From positions 160,001 through 224,000 of the forward strand of contig CAVVLJ010000017.1 of assembly GCA_963749075.1 (NCBI GenBank): a stretch of 64,000 nucleotides of DNA, given 5' to 3'. The translations under genes were made by a program, and so were the position numbers. The stretch is from an uncultured Pseudomonadota bacterium (lineage in GTDB: Bacteria > Pseudomonadota > Alphaproteobacteria > JACZXZ01). Every line of letters begins with the position of its first letter. Position 1 is the first letter of the stretch. The notes below the pieces were generated by a model that made no database searches, was not told where the DNA came from, and was given only the letters and a program-made list of their open reading frames with translations. Positions 39,416 to 49,558 of this stretch are shown here, piece by piece.

Positions 39416-39520
39416 GGCGCTATCTTTAGAAGGTGGCGCCGGAAATGGCTATAGGGTCGATCGCAGCGCGGCCGAAGGCGATTACCGTGCCAAGCAGGGA
39501 GCGGCGTCCGCAATCTCAAC

Positions 39521-39775
39521 CTAAGAAGACGGCGCGGGAGAGAGCTCGAGCCGCTGCACGATGCGGTCGAGGCGAAATTCGATGCGGTCGAGGCGCGCGG
39601 ATTGCCCGGCGAAATCCGCACGCAGATGGCCAACGCCGAGATGGAGCTGCGCCACCTGGCCCTCGGCAGAAGTCACCCGGTGCTGCAGGTCGCCGAGCCT
39701 TTCGCGGTTCTCGTCGACCGAACGACGAATGTGCCGGAGGTGCTCGATCGCCACATTGCCAAGCTCATCGGCCAT
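39521..39775 (-). CDS. Small coiled-coil hypothetical protein within the rib operon
   Basis: EHLRHIRRSVD...RLDRIEFRLDRIVQRLEL heptad pattern; co-oriented with ribD/ribE. Confidence 0.7.
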   Translation of the reverse strand: MADELGNVAIEHLRHIRRSVDENRERLGDLQHRVTSAEGQVAQLHLGVGHLRADFAGQSARLDRIEFRLDRIVQRLELSPAPSS

Positions 39776-39878
39776 ACTCGTGACCGGCGCATGCTCGATC
39801 ATGGCAAGCTAAGCGATCTGCGGCTTGCGAGCAAGGCCGCCCGGGCGGTTTTGGCTCGCCCGTTGGCGCTCGATCGGC

Positions 39879-40994
39879 TCAATCCGCGCGTGCGTAGCAT
39901 TCGAGCACGTCGGCGCCGCAGGGGACGAGCGACAGGCGCTTGAAGCGAGGGGCGTCTGCGAGCTTCTCGATGCCGAGGCCGGCGGCGGCGGGCAGGCCGT
40001 CGCCGCCGAGCACGGCCCCGGCGCGGAACCACGCGATGCGGTCGACGAGCCCGTCCTTGAGGAAGGCCGCGGCGAGCTGGCTGCCGCCCTCGAGGAGGAG
40101 GCGCGTGATGCCGCGCCTGGCGAGCTCGGCCAGGGCCGGGCCTAAACTCGGGCGGTCCCCCTCCCCCGGCTCGACCATGATCACCTCGACGCCGGCGTCC
40201 GCCAGCACGGAGCTGCGCTCCTCGGAGGCGTCCCGGCGCGTGACGAACCACGTCGGCACCTCCTTGGCGGTCGCGACGAGCCGGCTCGTGAGCGGCAGGC
40301 GCAGGCGGCCGTCCACCACGATGCGCACCGGCGAGGCGCCCTTGAGGCCGGGGATGCGGCAGGTGAGCTCGGGATCGTCGCTCATCGCGGTGCCGATGCC
40401 GACCGCGACCGCGTCGTGCGTTGCGCGTAAGAGGTGCGCGCGGGCGCGCGCAGGCTCGCCAGTGATCCAGCGGCTTTCGCCGGCGTGGGTCGCAATCTTG
40501 CCGTCGAGCGTCGTCGCCGTCTTCCAGGTGACGAGCGGGCGTCCCTCGCGGATGCGCATGAGGTAGCCGGCGTTGAGCTCGGCCGCCTCCTCGCGCGCGA
40601 GCCCGAGCGAGACCGCGATACCGGCCGCCTTGAGCCTGGCGATGCCGCTGCCGGAGACGCGCGGGTCGGGATCCTCGAGGGCGACGACCGCGCGCGCGAT
40701 GCCCGCGGCTACGAGGGCGTCAGCACATGGCGGCGTGCGGCCGTGGTGGCTGCAGGGCTCGAGCGTGACATAGGCCGTGGCCCCGCGCGCGGCATCGCCC
40801 GCGCGCACGAGCGCCTCGCTCTCGGCGTGCGGCCGCCCGCCCGCCTGGGTCCAGCCGCGGCCAACGACGCGGCCCTCGCGCACGAGGACGCAGCCGACCG
40901 CCGGGTTCGGCCATACGCGGCCGAGGCCGCGCCGGGCGAGCCCGAGTGCCGCCGCCATGAAGGAAAGGTCGGCCGCGTTATTCGCTGTCGCCAC
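39879..40994 (-). CDS. ribD: Bifunctional riboflavin deaminase/reductase
   Basis: [35 protein letters not shown]. Confidence 0.96.
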   Translation of the reverse strand: MATANNAADLSFMAAALGLARRGLGRVWPNPAVGCVLVREGRVVGRGWTQAGGRPHAESEALVRAGDAARGATAYVTLEPCSHHGRTPPCADALVAAGIARAVVALEDPDPRVSGSGIARLKAAGIAVSLGLAREEAAELNAGYLMRIREGRPLVTWKTATTLDGKIATHAGESRWITGEPARARAHLLRATHDAVAVGIGTAMSDDPELTCRIPGLKGASPVRIVVDGRLRLPLTSRLVATAKEVPTWFVTRRDASEERSSVLADAGVEVIMVEPGEGDRPSLGPALAELARRGITRLLLEGGSQLAAAFLKDGLVDRIAWFRAGAVLGGDGLPAAAGLGIEKLADAPRFKRLSLVPCGADVLECYARAD

Positions 40995-41436
40995 TCAGCT
41001 GCTCGACGAAATCCTCGAAGTCCTTGGCCTCGCGGAAGTTGCGGTAGACCGAGGCGAAGCGGACGTAGGCCACGGGATCGAGCGAGCGTAGCGCGTCCAT
41101 GACGATCTCGCCGATGGTCTCCGAGCGGATGTCGCTCTCGCCCGAGCTCTCGAGCCGGCGCACGATGCCGTTGACGATGCGCTCGACGCGCTCGGGATCG
41201 ACCGGGCGCTTGCGGCAGGCGACCTGGATCGAGCGCACGAGCTTGTCGCGCTCGAACGGCACGCGCTGGCCGTTCTTCTTCACCACCATGAGCTCGCGCA
41301 GCTGCACGCGCTCGAAGGTGGTGAAGCGCGAGCCGCAGGCCGGACAGAAGCGCCGGCGCCTGATCGCGGCATTATCCTCGGTGGGCCGCGAATCCTTCAC
41401 CTGGGTGTCCTCGTGGCCGCAGAACGGACAGCGCAT
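40978..41436 (-). CDS. nrdR: Transcriptional repressor NrdR
   Basis: [27 protein letters not shown]. Confidence 0.97.
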   Translation of the reverse strand: MRCPFCGHEDTQVKDSRPTEDNAAIRRRRFCPACGSRFTTFERVQLRELMVVKKNGQRVPFERDKLVRSIQVACRKRPVDPERVERIVNGIVRRLESSGESDIRSETIGEIVMDALRSLDPVAYVRFASVYRNFREAKDFEDFVEQLSGDSE

Positions 41437-41477
41437 GACCCCTCATCCCCCCTCTGTTGCGAGCCCCCCTCGCGGGC

Positions 41478-42794
41478 TCAGCGATCGGCGTAGATGGGAA
41501 AGCGCGCGCAAAGCGCCTCGGCGCGCGCGCGCGCGGTTTCCTCGATGCGGCTCAAATCGTTGGCGCCGGACGCGAGCGCGTCGAGCACGTCGGCGATCTC
41601 TGCCGCCACCTCGCGGAACTCAGGCAAGCCGAAGCCGCGCGTGGTGGAGGCGGGCGTGCCGAGCCGGATGCCCGAGGTCACCGTCGGCTTCTCGGAATCG
41701 AAGGGCACGCCGTTCTTGTTGCAGGTGATGGCGGCGCGCTCGAGACTTTCCGCGGCGAGCTTGCCGGTGAGCCGCTGGCGGCGCAGATCGACGAGCATGA
41801 GATGGGTGTCCGTGCCGCCCGTCGTGATGGCGTAGCCGCGTGCGGCGAGGCCCGAGGCGAGCGCCTTCGCGTTCTCGACGACCTGGCGCGCGTAGGACTT
41901 GAAGCCGGGCTCGAGCGCCTCGCCGAGTGCTACCGCCTTGCCTGCAATGGCGTGGAGCAACGGGCCGCCCTGGGTGCCGGGAAAGATGGCGGCGTTGATC
42001 TTCCTGCCGATCTCCTCGTCCATCGCGAGGATCATGCCGCCGCGCGCGCCGCGCAAGGTCTTGTGCGTCGTCGTCGTCACCACGTGGGCGTGAGGCAGCG
42101 GGCTCGGGTGGACGCCGCCGGCGACCAGCCCGGCGAAGTGCGCCATGTCGACCATGAGGTAGGCGCCGACGCTGTCGGCAATGGCGCGGAAGCGGCGGAA
42201 GTCGATGACGCGCGGATAGGCGGAGCCGCCGGCGATGATGAGCTTGGGCCGGTGGAGCTCGGCCAGGCGCTGCACCTCGTCGTAGTCGATGAGGCAATCC
42301 TCCCGCCGCACGCCGTAGCCGGCAGCCTTGAACCACTTGCCCGAGAGATTGGGTGCAGCACCATGGGTGAGATGGCCGCCGGCCGCGAGCGACATGCCGA
42401 GGAGAGCGTCGCCGGGCTTAAGGAGCGCCATGAAGACCGCGAGGTTCGCCTGCGCCCCGGAGTGGGGCTGCACGTTGGCGAAGGTGCAGCCGAAGAGCCG
42501 CTTGGCGCGCTCGATCGCCAGGCTCTCGACCACGTCGACATGCTCGCAGCCGCCGTAATAGCGCCGCCCCGGATAGCCCTCGGCATATTTGTTGGTGAGC
42601 ACCGAGCCCTGCGCCTCGAGCACCGCCTTGGAGACGATGTTCTCGGAGGCGATGAGCTCGATCTGCGTGCGCTGGCGCGCGAGCTCGCGCTCGATCGCGG
42701 CCGCGATCGCGGGGTCGGCGACGGCGAGGCCGGCGCTGAAAAAGCCATCGCCGGCGCTCTTGTCCGCGGCATGCGCGGCCGCTTGCATGGTCAT
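41478..42794 (-). CDS. glyA: Serine hydroxymethyltransferase
   Basis: [31 protein letters not shown]. Confidence 0.97.
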   Translation of the reverse strand: MTMQAAAHAADKSAGDGFFSAGLAVADPAIAAAIERELARQRTQIELIASENIVSKAVLEAQGSVLTNKYAEGYPGRRYYGGCEHVDVVESLAIERAKRLFGCTFANVQPHSGAQANLAVFMALLKPGDALLGMSLAAGGHLTHGAAPNLSGKWFKAAGYGVRREDCLIDYDEVQRLAELHRPKLIIAGGSAYPRVIDFRRFRAIADSVGAYLMVDMAHFAGLVAGGVHPSPLPHAHVVTTTTHKTLRGARGGMILAMDEEIGRKINAAIFPGTQGGPLLHAIAGKAVALGEALEPGFKSYARQVVENAKALASGLAARGYAITTGGTDTHLMLVDLRRQRLTGKLAAESLERAAITCNKNGVPFDSEKPTVTSGIRLGTPASTTRGFGLPEFREVAAEIADVLDALASGANDLSRIEETARARAEALCARFPIYADR

Positions 42795-42863
42795 CTCTCC
42801 GGCACTCCCACTCTACGTCCTCTCACAACCTCGTGCCGCCCCCGGCTTCGCCGCGGCGCCCGC

Positions 42864-43298
42864 TCACGACATCTTCGCCACGCGCCGCGCATGGCGGCCG
42901 CCCTCGAACGCGGTCCCGAGGAAGGCGGCGAGACAGTCCTTCGCCACCTGCTCGCCGATCAACCGGGCGCCGAGCGCCAGCACGTTGGCGTCGTTATGCA
43001 GCCGCGCGAGCCGCGCCGAGGAGACATCGTGGCATACCGCCGCGCGCACCGCACGATGGCGGTTCGCCGCCATGCCCATCCCGATGCCCGTGCCGCAGAC
43101 GAGAACGCCGCGCCCGGCTTGGCCCGTCTCGATCGCGCGCGCCACCGCCGCGGCGAAATCCGGGTAGTCGACGCTGTCGCCCCCGTGGGTGCCGAGATCG
43201 AGCACGCCATAGCCGAGCCTCTCGAGTTCGCCGCTGAGCATCGCTTTCAGCGCGTATCCCGCGTGGTCGGCGGCGATCGCAATGGTCACGGCAGGCAT
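42864..43298 (-). CDS. rpiB: Ribose-5-phosphate isomerase B
   Basis: ADHAG, VDYPD, CGTGIG, HNDAN, FEGGRH. Confidence 0.95.
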   Translation of the reverse strand: MPAVTIAIAADHAGYALKAMLSGELERLGYGVLDLGTHGGDSVDYPDFAAAVARAIETGQAGRGVLVCGTGIGMGMAANRHRAVRAAVCHDVSSARLARLHNDANVLALGARLIGEQVAKDCLAAFLGTAFEGGRHARRVAKMS

Positions 43299-43743
43299 GG
43301 GCGGTCACGGGCAGCGGATGGGGCGAGAAAAATACCATATCTCGCTGACCTCTGCCAGCCTGCCACTAGTTCTCGCGGCGGCCGGAAAGGGGGCAAAACC
43401 GGCGTCTTCTTTATGCCAAGACCGCGCGCAATGGCGCACGGTTGCGAGTAAAATTGCTCGGCTGGCGTCCGCGCGGAGCAAGTTAAAGCGCCGCTTTCGT
43501 AAGTTACCGAATGCATACCGACAGGGGCACTCGCCGTTTGCGTGACGAACAAGCCAGGAATTCGCGCAATGTTCCGGCTGCAAAATTGTCGAAATCTAGC
43601 AGAATTTTGATCGATACAATAGATCGACTCGCCAAACAGGGTACGATTACTCATTCTGTGGTTTTGTGATGAATTGACAGGGCGTCAGTTATATGCAATT
43701 TGTAAAAAACAACATGAAAATCACAAGAAAAAAGGTTGCCGCA

Positions 43744-44184
43744 ATGAGCGAGGAGAACTCCAAGAAGATTGCTCTCGACAAGGCGGTCGGCATGGCGGCG
43801 GACATCGTCTCGGCCTACGTCGGCAACAACGCCTTGCCGGTGGGGCAGCTGCCGGAAGTCATCCGCACGGTGTACAGCGCAATCGCCACCCTTCAGGATC
43901 CGCTCGCCGCCCCGTGGCGCGAGGCGGCCAAGCCGGCAGTGCCGATCAAGAAGTCGGTGACGCCCGATTACATCATCTGCCTCGAGGACGGCAAGAAGCT
44001 CAAGATGCTGAAGCGGCATCTGCGCACCACCTACAAACTGACGCCCGACGCCTACCGCCAGAAATGGGGCCTGCCGCCGGACTATCCCATGGTGGCGCCC
44101 AATTACGCGGCGCAGCGCTCGGCCTTCGCGAAGAAGATCGGGCTTGGCCGCAAGCCGGCAGGCGGCCGGCGGCGCAGCCGCTGA
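43744..44184 (+). CDS. mucR: MucR/Ros family zinc-finger regulator
   Basis: IVSAYV, IICLEDGKKLKMLKRHL, YPMVAPNY; long AT-rich upstream region. Confidence 0.94.
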   Translation: MSEENSKKIALDKAVGMAADIVSAYVGNNALPVGQLPEVIRTVYSAIATLQDPLAAPWREAAKPAVPIKKSVTPDYIICLEDGKKLKMLKRHLRTTYKLTPDAYRQKWGLPPDYPMVAPNYAAQRSAFAKKIGLGRKPAGGRRRSR

Positions 44185-44340
44185 GGCGCGCGCGCGGCAC
44201 CTCCGCCCGGGCGGCCCGCTGCCGCCTCACGGCCCTCCCGCGTTGAAGCCGGCTGGCGGCCGCGCGCTCCCGGCGCCGCTCCGGCTGTCGCCAAGCCGGC
44301 CCGGCGGCGCTAGACTGCGCGGCCAATCAGGAGGCACGCC

Positions 44341-45561
44341 ATGTCACCAGCCGAGCCTGCGCTCGCCGGCCCGCCGGCGCTCAAAGCCTGGGCCAAGTTC
44401 AAATGGGACGACCCCTTCCTCATCGAGGAGCAGCTCGGCGAGGAGGAGCGCCTGGTCGCCGAGACCGCGCGCGCCTATTGCCAGGAGAAGCTGATGCCTC
44501 GCGTCGTGGAGGCCAACCGCCACGAGCGCTTCGACCGCGAGATCTTCAATGAGCTGGGCGCCCTCGGCCTCCTGGGCTCGACCATCAAGGGCTACGGCTG
44601 CGCCGGCGTCAATTACGTCTCGTACGGGCTTGTGGCGCGCGAGGTGGAGCGCGTCGATTCCGGATACCGCTCCTGCATGAGCGTGCAGTCCTCGCTCGTC
44701 ATGTACCCGATCTACGCCTACGGCAGCGAGATGCAGCGCCAGAAGTACCTGCCCAAGCTCGCGAGCGGCGATTGGGTGGGCGCCTTCGGCCTGACCGAGC
44801 CCGACCACGGCTCCGACCCGGGCGGCATGCGGACGCGCGCCGAGACGGCCGCCGGCGGCTACCGGCTCAAGGGCAGCAAGATGTGGATCACCAATTCGCC
44901 GATCGCCGACGTCTTCGTCGTGTGGGCAAAGGACGACGAGGGAACGATCGGCGGCTTCCTCCTCGAGAAGGGCATGGCCGGCCTCAGCGCACCCAAGATC
45001 GAAGGCAAGTTCAGCCTGCGCGCCTCGCTCACCGGCGAGATCGTGATGGACGGCGTCGAGGTGCCCGAGGAGAACCGCCTGCCGGGCGCCAAGGGTCTCG
45101 CCGGACCCTTCGGCTGCCTCAACAACGCGCGTTACGGCATTGCCTGGGGCACCATGGGGGCGGCCGAGTTCTGCTGGCATGCCGCGCGCAGCTATACGCT
45201 CGAGCGCAAGCAGTTCGGCCGCCCGCTCGCCGCCAACCAGCTCGTGCAGAAGAAGCTCGCCGACATGCAGACGGAGATCGCCCTCGGCCTCCAGGCGGCA
45301 CTTCGCGTGGGCCGCCTCATCGACGAGGGCAAGGCGGCACCGGAGGCGGTCTCCCTCATCAAGCGCAACAACTGCGGCAAGGCGCTCGACATCGCGCGGA
45401 CGGCGCGCGACATGCACGGCGGCAACGGCATCGCCGACGAGTACCACGTCATCCGCCACGTCATGAACCTCGAGGCCGTCAACACCTACGAGGGCACCCA
45501 CGACATCCATGCCCTCATCCTCGGCCGCGCGCAGACGGGCATCCAGGCCTTCACCGGCTGA
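44341..45561 (+). CDS. gcdH: Glutaryl-CoA dehydrogenase (acyl-CoA dehydrogenase family)
   Basis: [30 protein letters not shown]. Confidence 0.9.
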   Translation: MSPAEPALAGPPALKAWAKFKWDDPFLIEEQLGEEERLVAETARAYCQEKLMPRVVEANRHERFDREIFNELGALGLLGSTIKGYGCAGVNYVSYGLVAREVERVDSGYRSCMSVQSSLVMYPIYAYGSEMQRQKYLPKLASGDWVGAFGLTEPDHGSDPGGMRTRAETAAGGYRLKGSKMWITNSPIADVFVVWAKDDEGTIGGFLLEKGMAGLSAPKIEGKFSLRASLTGEIVMDGVEVPEENRLPGAKGLAGPFGCLNNARYGIAWGTMGAAEFCWHAARSYTLERKQFGRPLAANQLVQKKLADMQTEIALGLQAALRVGRLIDEGKAAPEAVSLIKRNNCGKALDIARTARDMHGGNGIADEYHVIRHVMNLEAVNTYEGTHDIHALILGRAQTGIQAFTG

Positions 45562-45582
45562 GCTCGCCTGAGGCGCTCCGCC

Positions 45583-46326
45583 TCAGCGCTGGGCGGCGCT
45601 GTCCGCGCGCGCGAGCATGCCCTTGAAGCGGCGGTAAAGCCGTGCCGCGCTCGCCTTGAGCGCCGGAGCGCGCCTTTTCGCCTCGGCCTCGAAGAGTGCC
45701 AGCTCGCCTGCCGCGAGGCCGCGCTCGAGTGCGGCACGATAGGCGGGAATGCCGGCCCATTCCGCGACGGTGCTCTCGCCCGCCTCGACGTGGAACTGGA
45801 GGCCGTAGGCGCGGTCGCCCCAGCGCAGCGCCTGGACCGCGCTCGCCGCGTTGCGCGCCAGCACGGCAGCACCTTCTGGCAGCGCCGTCACCTCGGCCGC
45901 GTGCCATTGCAAGCAGGCGAGCCGTGGGCCCTCGCCGCCGAGGAGTGCGTCGCGCTCGCCCTCCGGCGTGAGCTCGACCGCGCGGATGCCGATCTCGGCC
46001 TTGCCCCCCATCGGTGCGACCGTGCCGCCGAGCGCTGCCGCGAGCAGCTGGTGGCCCAGGCAGACGCCGAGATAGGGCAGTGAGCGCTCGACCACGGCCT
46101 CGCGGATCGCCGCCTTCTCGGCCACCAGCCAGGGGTGGCGGTCCTCCTGCCAAACGTCCTGCGGGCCGCCCATGACGATCAGCGCCCGGTAGCCGGCGAG
46201 CGGCGGGATCGCCTCGCCCGCGTCGAGCCGCACGGCGTCCCATGCGATGCCGTCGGCGGCGAGAAATTCGCGGAAAGTCCCCGGATGCTCGAGGGGATGG
46301 TGCTGGAGGACGAGGATGCGGGTCAT
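45583..46326 (-). CDS. Class I glutamine amidotransferase-like protein
   Basis: MGGP, GVCLGHQL, LQFHVE. Confidence 0.88.
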   Translation of the reverse strand: MTRILVLQHHPLEHPGTFREFLAADGIAWDAVRLDAGEAIPPLAGYRALIVMGGPQDVWQEDRHPWLVAEKAAIREAVVERSLPYLGVCLGHQLLAAALGGTVAPMGGKAEIGIRAVELTPEGERDALLGGEGPRLACLQWHAAEVTALPEGAAVLARNAASAVQALRWGDRAYGLQFHVEAGESTVAEWAGIPAYRAALERGLAAGELALFEAEAKRRAPALKASAARLYRRFKGMLARADSAAQR

Positions 46327-46415
46327 GCTGCGAGCTTTATACGAGCGGCGGCGCTCTCGGCAAGGGGACCGCGCGCGGTCATGCTCCACTGCCCATTTTC
46401 GCTGAAGCGCGCGCC

Positions 46416-46515
46416 ACCCCCTCCCCACCCTCCCCCTTCGAGGGGGAGGGGGTATTAGGCCGTGTCGCGATTTAGGTCCCCTCCCCCCTTGAGGGGGAGG
46501 GTTAGGGAGGGGGGT
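46416..46515. repeat. Palindromic REP-like element (two inverted units)
   Basis: ACCCCCTCCCCACCCTCCCCC..GGGGGAGGG then CCCTCCCCC..GGGGGAGGGTTAGGGAGGGGGGT. Confidence 0.75.
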
Positions 46516-46550
46516 ACGCATCGCCAATTCAGGGGACTAATCTCGCTCCC

Positions 46551-47732
46551 ATGATCGACGGCTCGAGCGCAGAGCGCTTTCTCGCCACTGTCCCGAGGTT
46601 CGGGCACTTCGGCCAGATCCTCGATCCGCAGCTCTATGCAGCGCTGCCGGACGGCTGGATCGTTGGGCTCTCGGACGTGGTGAGCTCGACGCGGGCGATC
46701 GAGGACGGCCAGTACAAGAAGGTCAATATGGCGGGTGCCGCCGTCATCGCGGCGATGTCGAACGCGCTCGGCAACACGCCCTACCCGTTCGTCTTCGGCG
46801 GCGACGGCGCCAGCTTTGCGCTGCCTCCGGACAAGGCCTCGGCGGCGCGCGAGACGCTCGCCTGCACCGCGGCTTTCGTAGCCGAAGTCTACGGGCTCGG
46901 GCTGCGCGCCGCCCTCGTGCCCGTCGCAGCCATCCGCTCCGCCGGCTTCGACATCCGCGTCGCGCGCTTCGCCGCCTCGCCCGATCTCGATTACGCCATG
47001 TTCTCGGGCGGCGGCTTGAGCTGGGCCGAAGCGCGCATGAAGGCAGGCGAATTTGCCATCCCGCCCGGGCCGCCCGGCTGCCGCCCGGACTTGAGTGGCC
47101 TCTCCTGCCGCTTCGAGGCGATCCCGGCGCAGCGCGGCGTCGTGCTGTCGCTCATCGTGCGGCCGGCGCAATCCGCGCCGGCTGGGGAGGGCAGTGCTGC
47201 CGCCTACCGGGCAGTTGTCGAATCCGTCATCCGCCTGATCGAGGAGAGCCCGGACATGGCGCGGCCCGTGCCCGCCGGCGGGCCGCCGCTTGCCTGGCCG
47301 CCGGCCGGGCTCGATCTCGAACTGCGCGCCGGTCGGACCTCCGGCGTCCCGAGCTGGCTGCGGCGGCTCAAGCTCCTCGCCCACACGGCGCTCTCGTCGT
47401 CCGTTCTGCGCCTGCGCCTCCAGGCCGGCCGCTTCAACGCCGGCCGCTACCTCGACCAGCTCGTCGCCAATTCGGACTACCGCAAATACGACGACGGGCT
47501 GCGCATGACGATCGACTGCCGGGAGGAGCTCGCCGCTGCGATCGAGGCCCGGCTTGCCAAGGCCGCGGGCCAAGGCATCGTCGCCTTTGGCCTGCACCGG
47601 CAGCAGGCGGCCTTGATGACCTGCTTAACACCCTCGGTCTATCGCAGCGACCACATCCACTTCCTCGACGGCGCTGCCGGCGGCTATTCCGCCGCCGCGG
47701 CCGCGATGAAGACGAAAGCGAGGCTGGCTTGA
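46551..47732 (+). CDS. DUF3095 family protein
   Basis: DVVSSTRAI..GQYKKVN, FVFGGDGA, DLSGLSCR, DYRKYDDGLRM, HIHFLDGA. Confidence 0.8.
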   Translation: MIDGSSAERFLATVPRFGHFGQILDPQLYAALPDGWIVGLSDVVSSTRAIEDGQYKKVNMAGAAVIAAMSNALGNTPYPFVFGGDGASFALPPDKASAARETLACTAAFVAEVYGLGLRAALVPVAAIRSAGFDIRVARFAASPDLDYAMFSGGGLSWAEARMKAGEFAIPPGPPGCRPDLSGLSCRFEAIPAQRGVVLSLIVRPAQSAPAGEGSAAAYRAVVESVIRLIEESPDMARPVPAGGPPLAWPPAGLDLELRAGRTSGVPSWLRRLKLLAHTALSSSVLRLRLQAGRFNAGRYLDQLVANSDYRKYDDGLRMTIDCREELAAAIEARLAKAAGQGIVAFGLHRQQAALMTCLTPSVYRSDHIHFLDGAAGGYSAAAAAMKTKARLA

Positions 47733-47791
47733 AATCCGCGAAACCGGCGCAAGCGTTCCGCAGCCGTTCGGCGAGAACGATGTTGATGCCG

Positions 47792-48757
47792 CTACTCGGG
47801 CGGCCGTTGATTCAACAACCCCACGGCGCGCGCTGCGGCCTCGTCGAAGCCGAGCTCGCCCTTGAGGATCTCGTCGCAAAGCTCTGATAGAAGCGGATCG
47901 TCGCTCGCGACGAGGTTGACGCGCACATGCTCCGCGGCGAGGCCGGCAAGGAGCCGCCGCACGCGGCCCTGCGGGTCGCCGTGTCTATCGCCCTGTGCCA
48001 AGGCGTTCGCGTGCCGTTCCAAGGCGTCCGCCAGCTCCGCGATGCCATCGCCGCGGAGCGCCATGGTGCGGATGACCGGCGGCTGCCAGCCGGGCGAGCT
48101 GCGATGGAGCAGGGCCGCCTCGAGCTCCGCCGCCGCGCGGGCCGCACCGGGCAGGTCCGCCTTGTTGACCACGAGGATGTCGGCGATCTCGAGGATGCCG
48201 GCTTTGAGCGCCTGTATCTCGTCGCCGAGGCCGGGGGCCGTCACCACCACCTTGCTGTCCGCAAGCTCGGCGATCTCGACCTCGGATTGACCCGCCCCAA
48301 CCGTCTCCACCACCACCACGGGGAAGCCGGCCGCATCCATCACGTCGACGATGCGGCTCGCCACCCGCGAGAGGCCGCCCAAATGCCCGCGCGCCGCGAG
48401 CGAGCGCACGAAGACGCCGGCGTCGCCGCTGTGCTCGGTCATGCGGATGCGGTCGCCGAGAATGGCGCCGCCCGAGAGCGGGCTCGAGGGGTCGACCGCG
48501 ACCACGCCTACGCGCAAGCCGCGCCGCCTGAGCTCGCGCACATAGGCATTGACGAGGCTCGACTTGCCGGCTCCGGGGGCGCCCGTGACGCCCACCACTC
48601 TGGCTTGGCCGAGCCGCGGATGGATGGCGCGCAGCACCGCGGCGGCGGCGGCGCTGCCCTCGCTCTCGACGGCGCTGAGCGCTTTGGCAAGCGCCACCCG
48701 CTCGCCGGCGAAGAGAGCCGCGAGCCAATCGGGTGCCGCCTCGCCTGCCGCCGCCAT
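47792..48757 (-). CDS. meaB: MeaB/ArgK-family G3E GTPase
   Basis: GAPGAGKS, AVDPSS, GDRIRM, VETVGAGQ, NKAD. Confidence 0.88.
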   Translation of the reverse strand: MAAAGEAAPDWLAALFAGERVALAKALSAVESEGSAAAAAVLRAIHPRLGQARVVGVTGAPGAGKSSLVNAYVRELRRRGLRVGVVAVDPSSPLSGGAILGDRIRMTEHSGDAGVFVRSLAARGHLGGLSRVASRIVDVMDAAGFPVVVVETVGAGQSEVEIAELADSKVVVTAPGLGDEIQALKAGILEIADILVVNKADLPGAARAAAELEAALLHRSSPGWQPPVIRTMALRGDGIAELADALERHANALAQGDRHGDPQGRVRRLLAGLAAEHVRVNLVASDDPLLSELCDEILKGELGFDEAAARAVGLLNQRPPE

Positions 48758-48815
48758 GACTGCGTCCGCCTCTAAACGCGCGCAAACACCGGGGGCCTGG
48801 CGCAGGCCGGCTAAG

Positions 48816-49424
48816 CTAATGGGGCACCGGCGCGCTCTTGTCCTGGTCGGCGCCGGGGGCGAAGTTCACGCAGAGGAGCTTGCCGTCTTCCTTGGAGAGG
48901 GGATCGCCGGTGAGCCCGCAGAGCGTCGTCTTGGCGGCGCCGGCGGCGACCAGGTGGCTGCAGCGCTCGCAGACGCCGAAGGCGCCCTGGCGGCAGCCGC
49001 TGCGCACCTTGCCGAGCACCACGGCGAGGCCCTTGGCGAGATGGCTGGCGCATTCGACGGGCAGCTCGGCCACCGCCTTCTCGATGCCCAGCATGGGATC
49101 GCGGGCGAGGAGCTCCCGCCCCTTGGGCGTCAGCTCCACGCTGACGCCGCGCCGGTCGCTGCAATCGCGGCAGCGTTGCACATAACCCTTGGCGTCGAGC
49201 GCGCGCAGCGTCTGGGAGGCGGTGCCCTTGGTGGTGCCGAGATATTCCGCCAGTGTCGAGGGCGAGCGCGAGTAGCGGTTGGCCCGTCCGAGGAAGCGCA
49301 GCGCCTCCCACTGGGCGGGATTGAGGCCATGCACGAATTGGAGGGCGTGGGCCGCCCGTCTCAGGCGGTCGAGCAGCTCCGACACTTCGCTTGCCGTGCT
49401 CACTTGGTTATGTGCGTCGGGCAT
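48816..49424 (-). CDS. MarR-family regulator with C-terminal four-Cys extension (start 49424 or 49433)
   Basis: GLNPAQW, TKGTASQT, DRR..LTPKG; tail FGVCERC...CGLT...LLC. Confidence 0.85.
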   Translation of the reverse strand: MPDAHNQVSTASEVSELLDRLRRAAHALQFVHGLNPAQWEALRFLGRANRYSRSPSTLAEYLGTTKGTASQTLRALDAKGYVQRCRDCSDRRGVSVELTPKGRELLARDPMLGIEKAVAELPVECASHLAKGLAVVLGKVRSGCRQGAFGVCERCSHLVAAGAAKTTLCGLTGDPLSKEDGKLLCVNFAPGADQDKSAPVPH

Positions 49425-49441
49425 GGGTGCCATGAAGAATG

Positions 49442-49503
49442 ATTTCGAGTCGAAATTATCCTTGAACGCTGCCGGTTCGTGCCCTAATGTATCGACTCGA
49501 AAT
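49442..49503. promoter_or_regulatory. Twin palindromic operators flanking a sigma32-like promoter
   Basis: ATTTCGA-G-TCGAAAT (49442-49456), GTATCGA-C-TCGAAAT (49489-49503); CTTGAA-N15-CCCTAATGT between them. Confidence 0.65.
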
Positions 49504-49558
49504 CGAAAGTCAATGCACGCCCAAGCATTCAAGAGCGCGGGCACAAGGCAGGCGAGCC

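Noticed and set aside
43432-43445. Sigma54 promoter upstream of mucR (TGGCGCACGGTTGC)
   Set aside because: GG-to-GC spacing is 9 nt instead of the required 10
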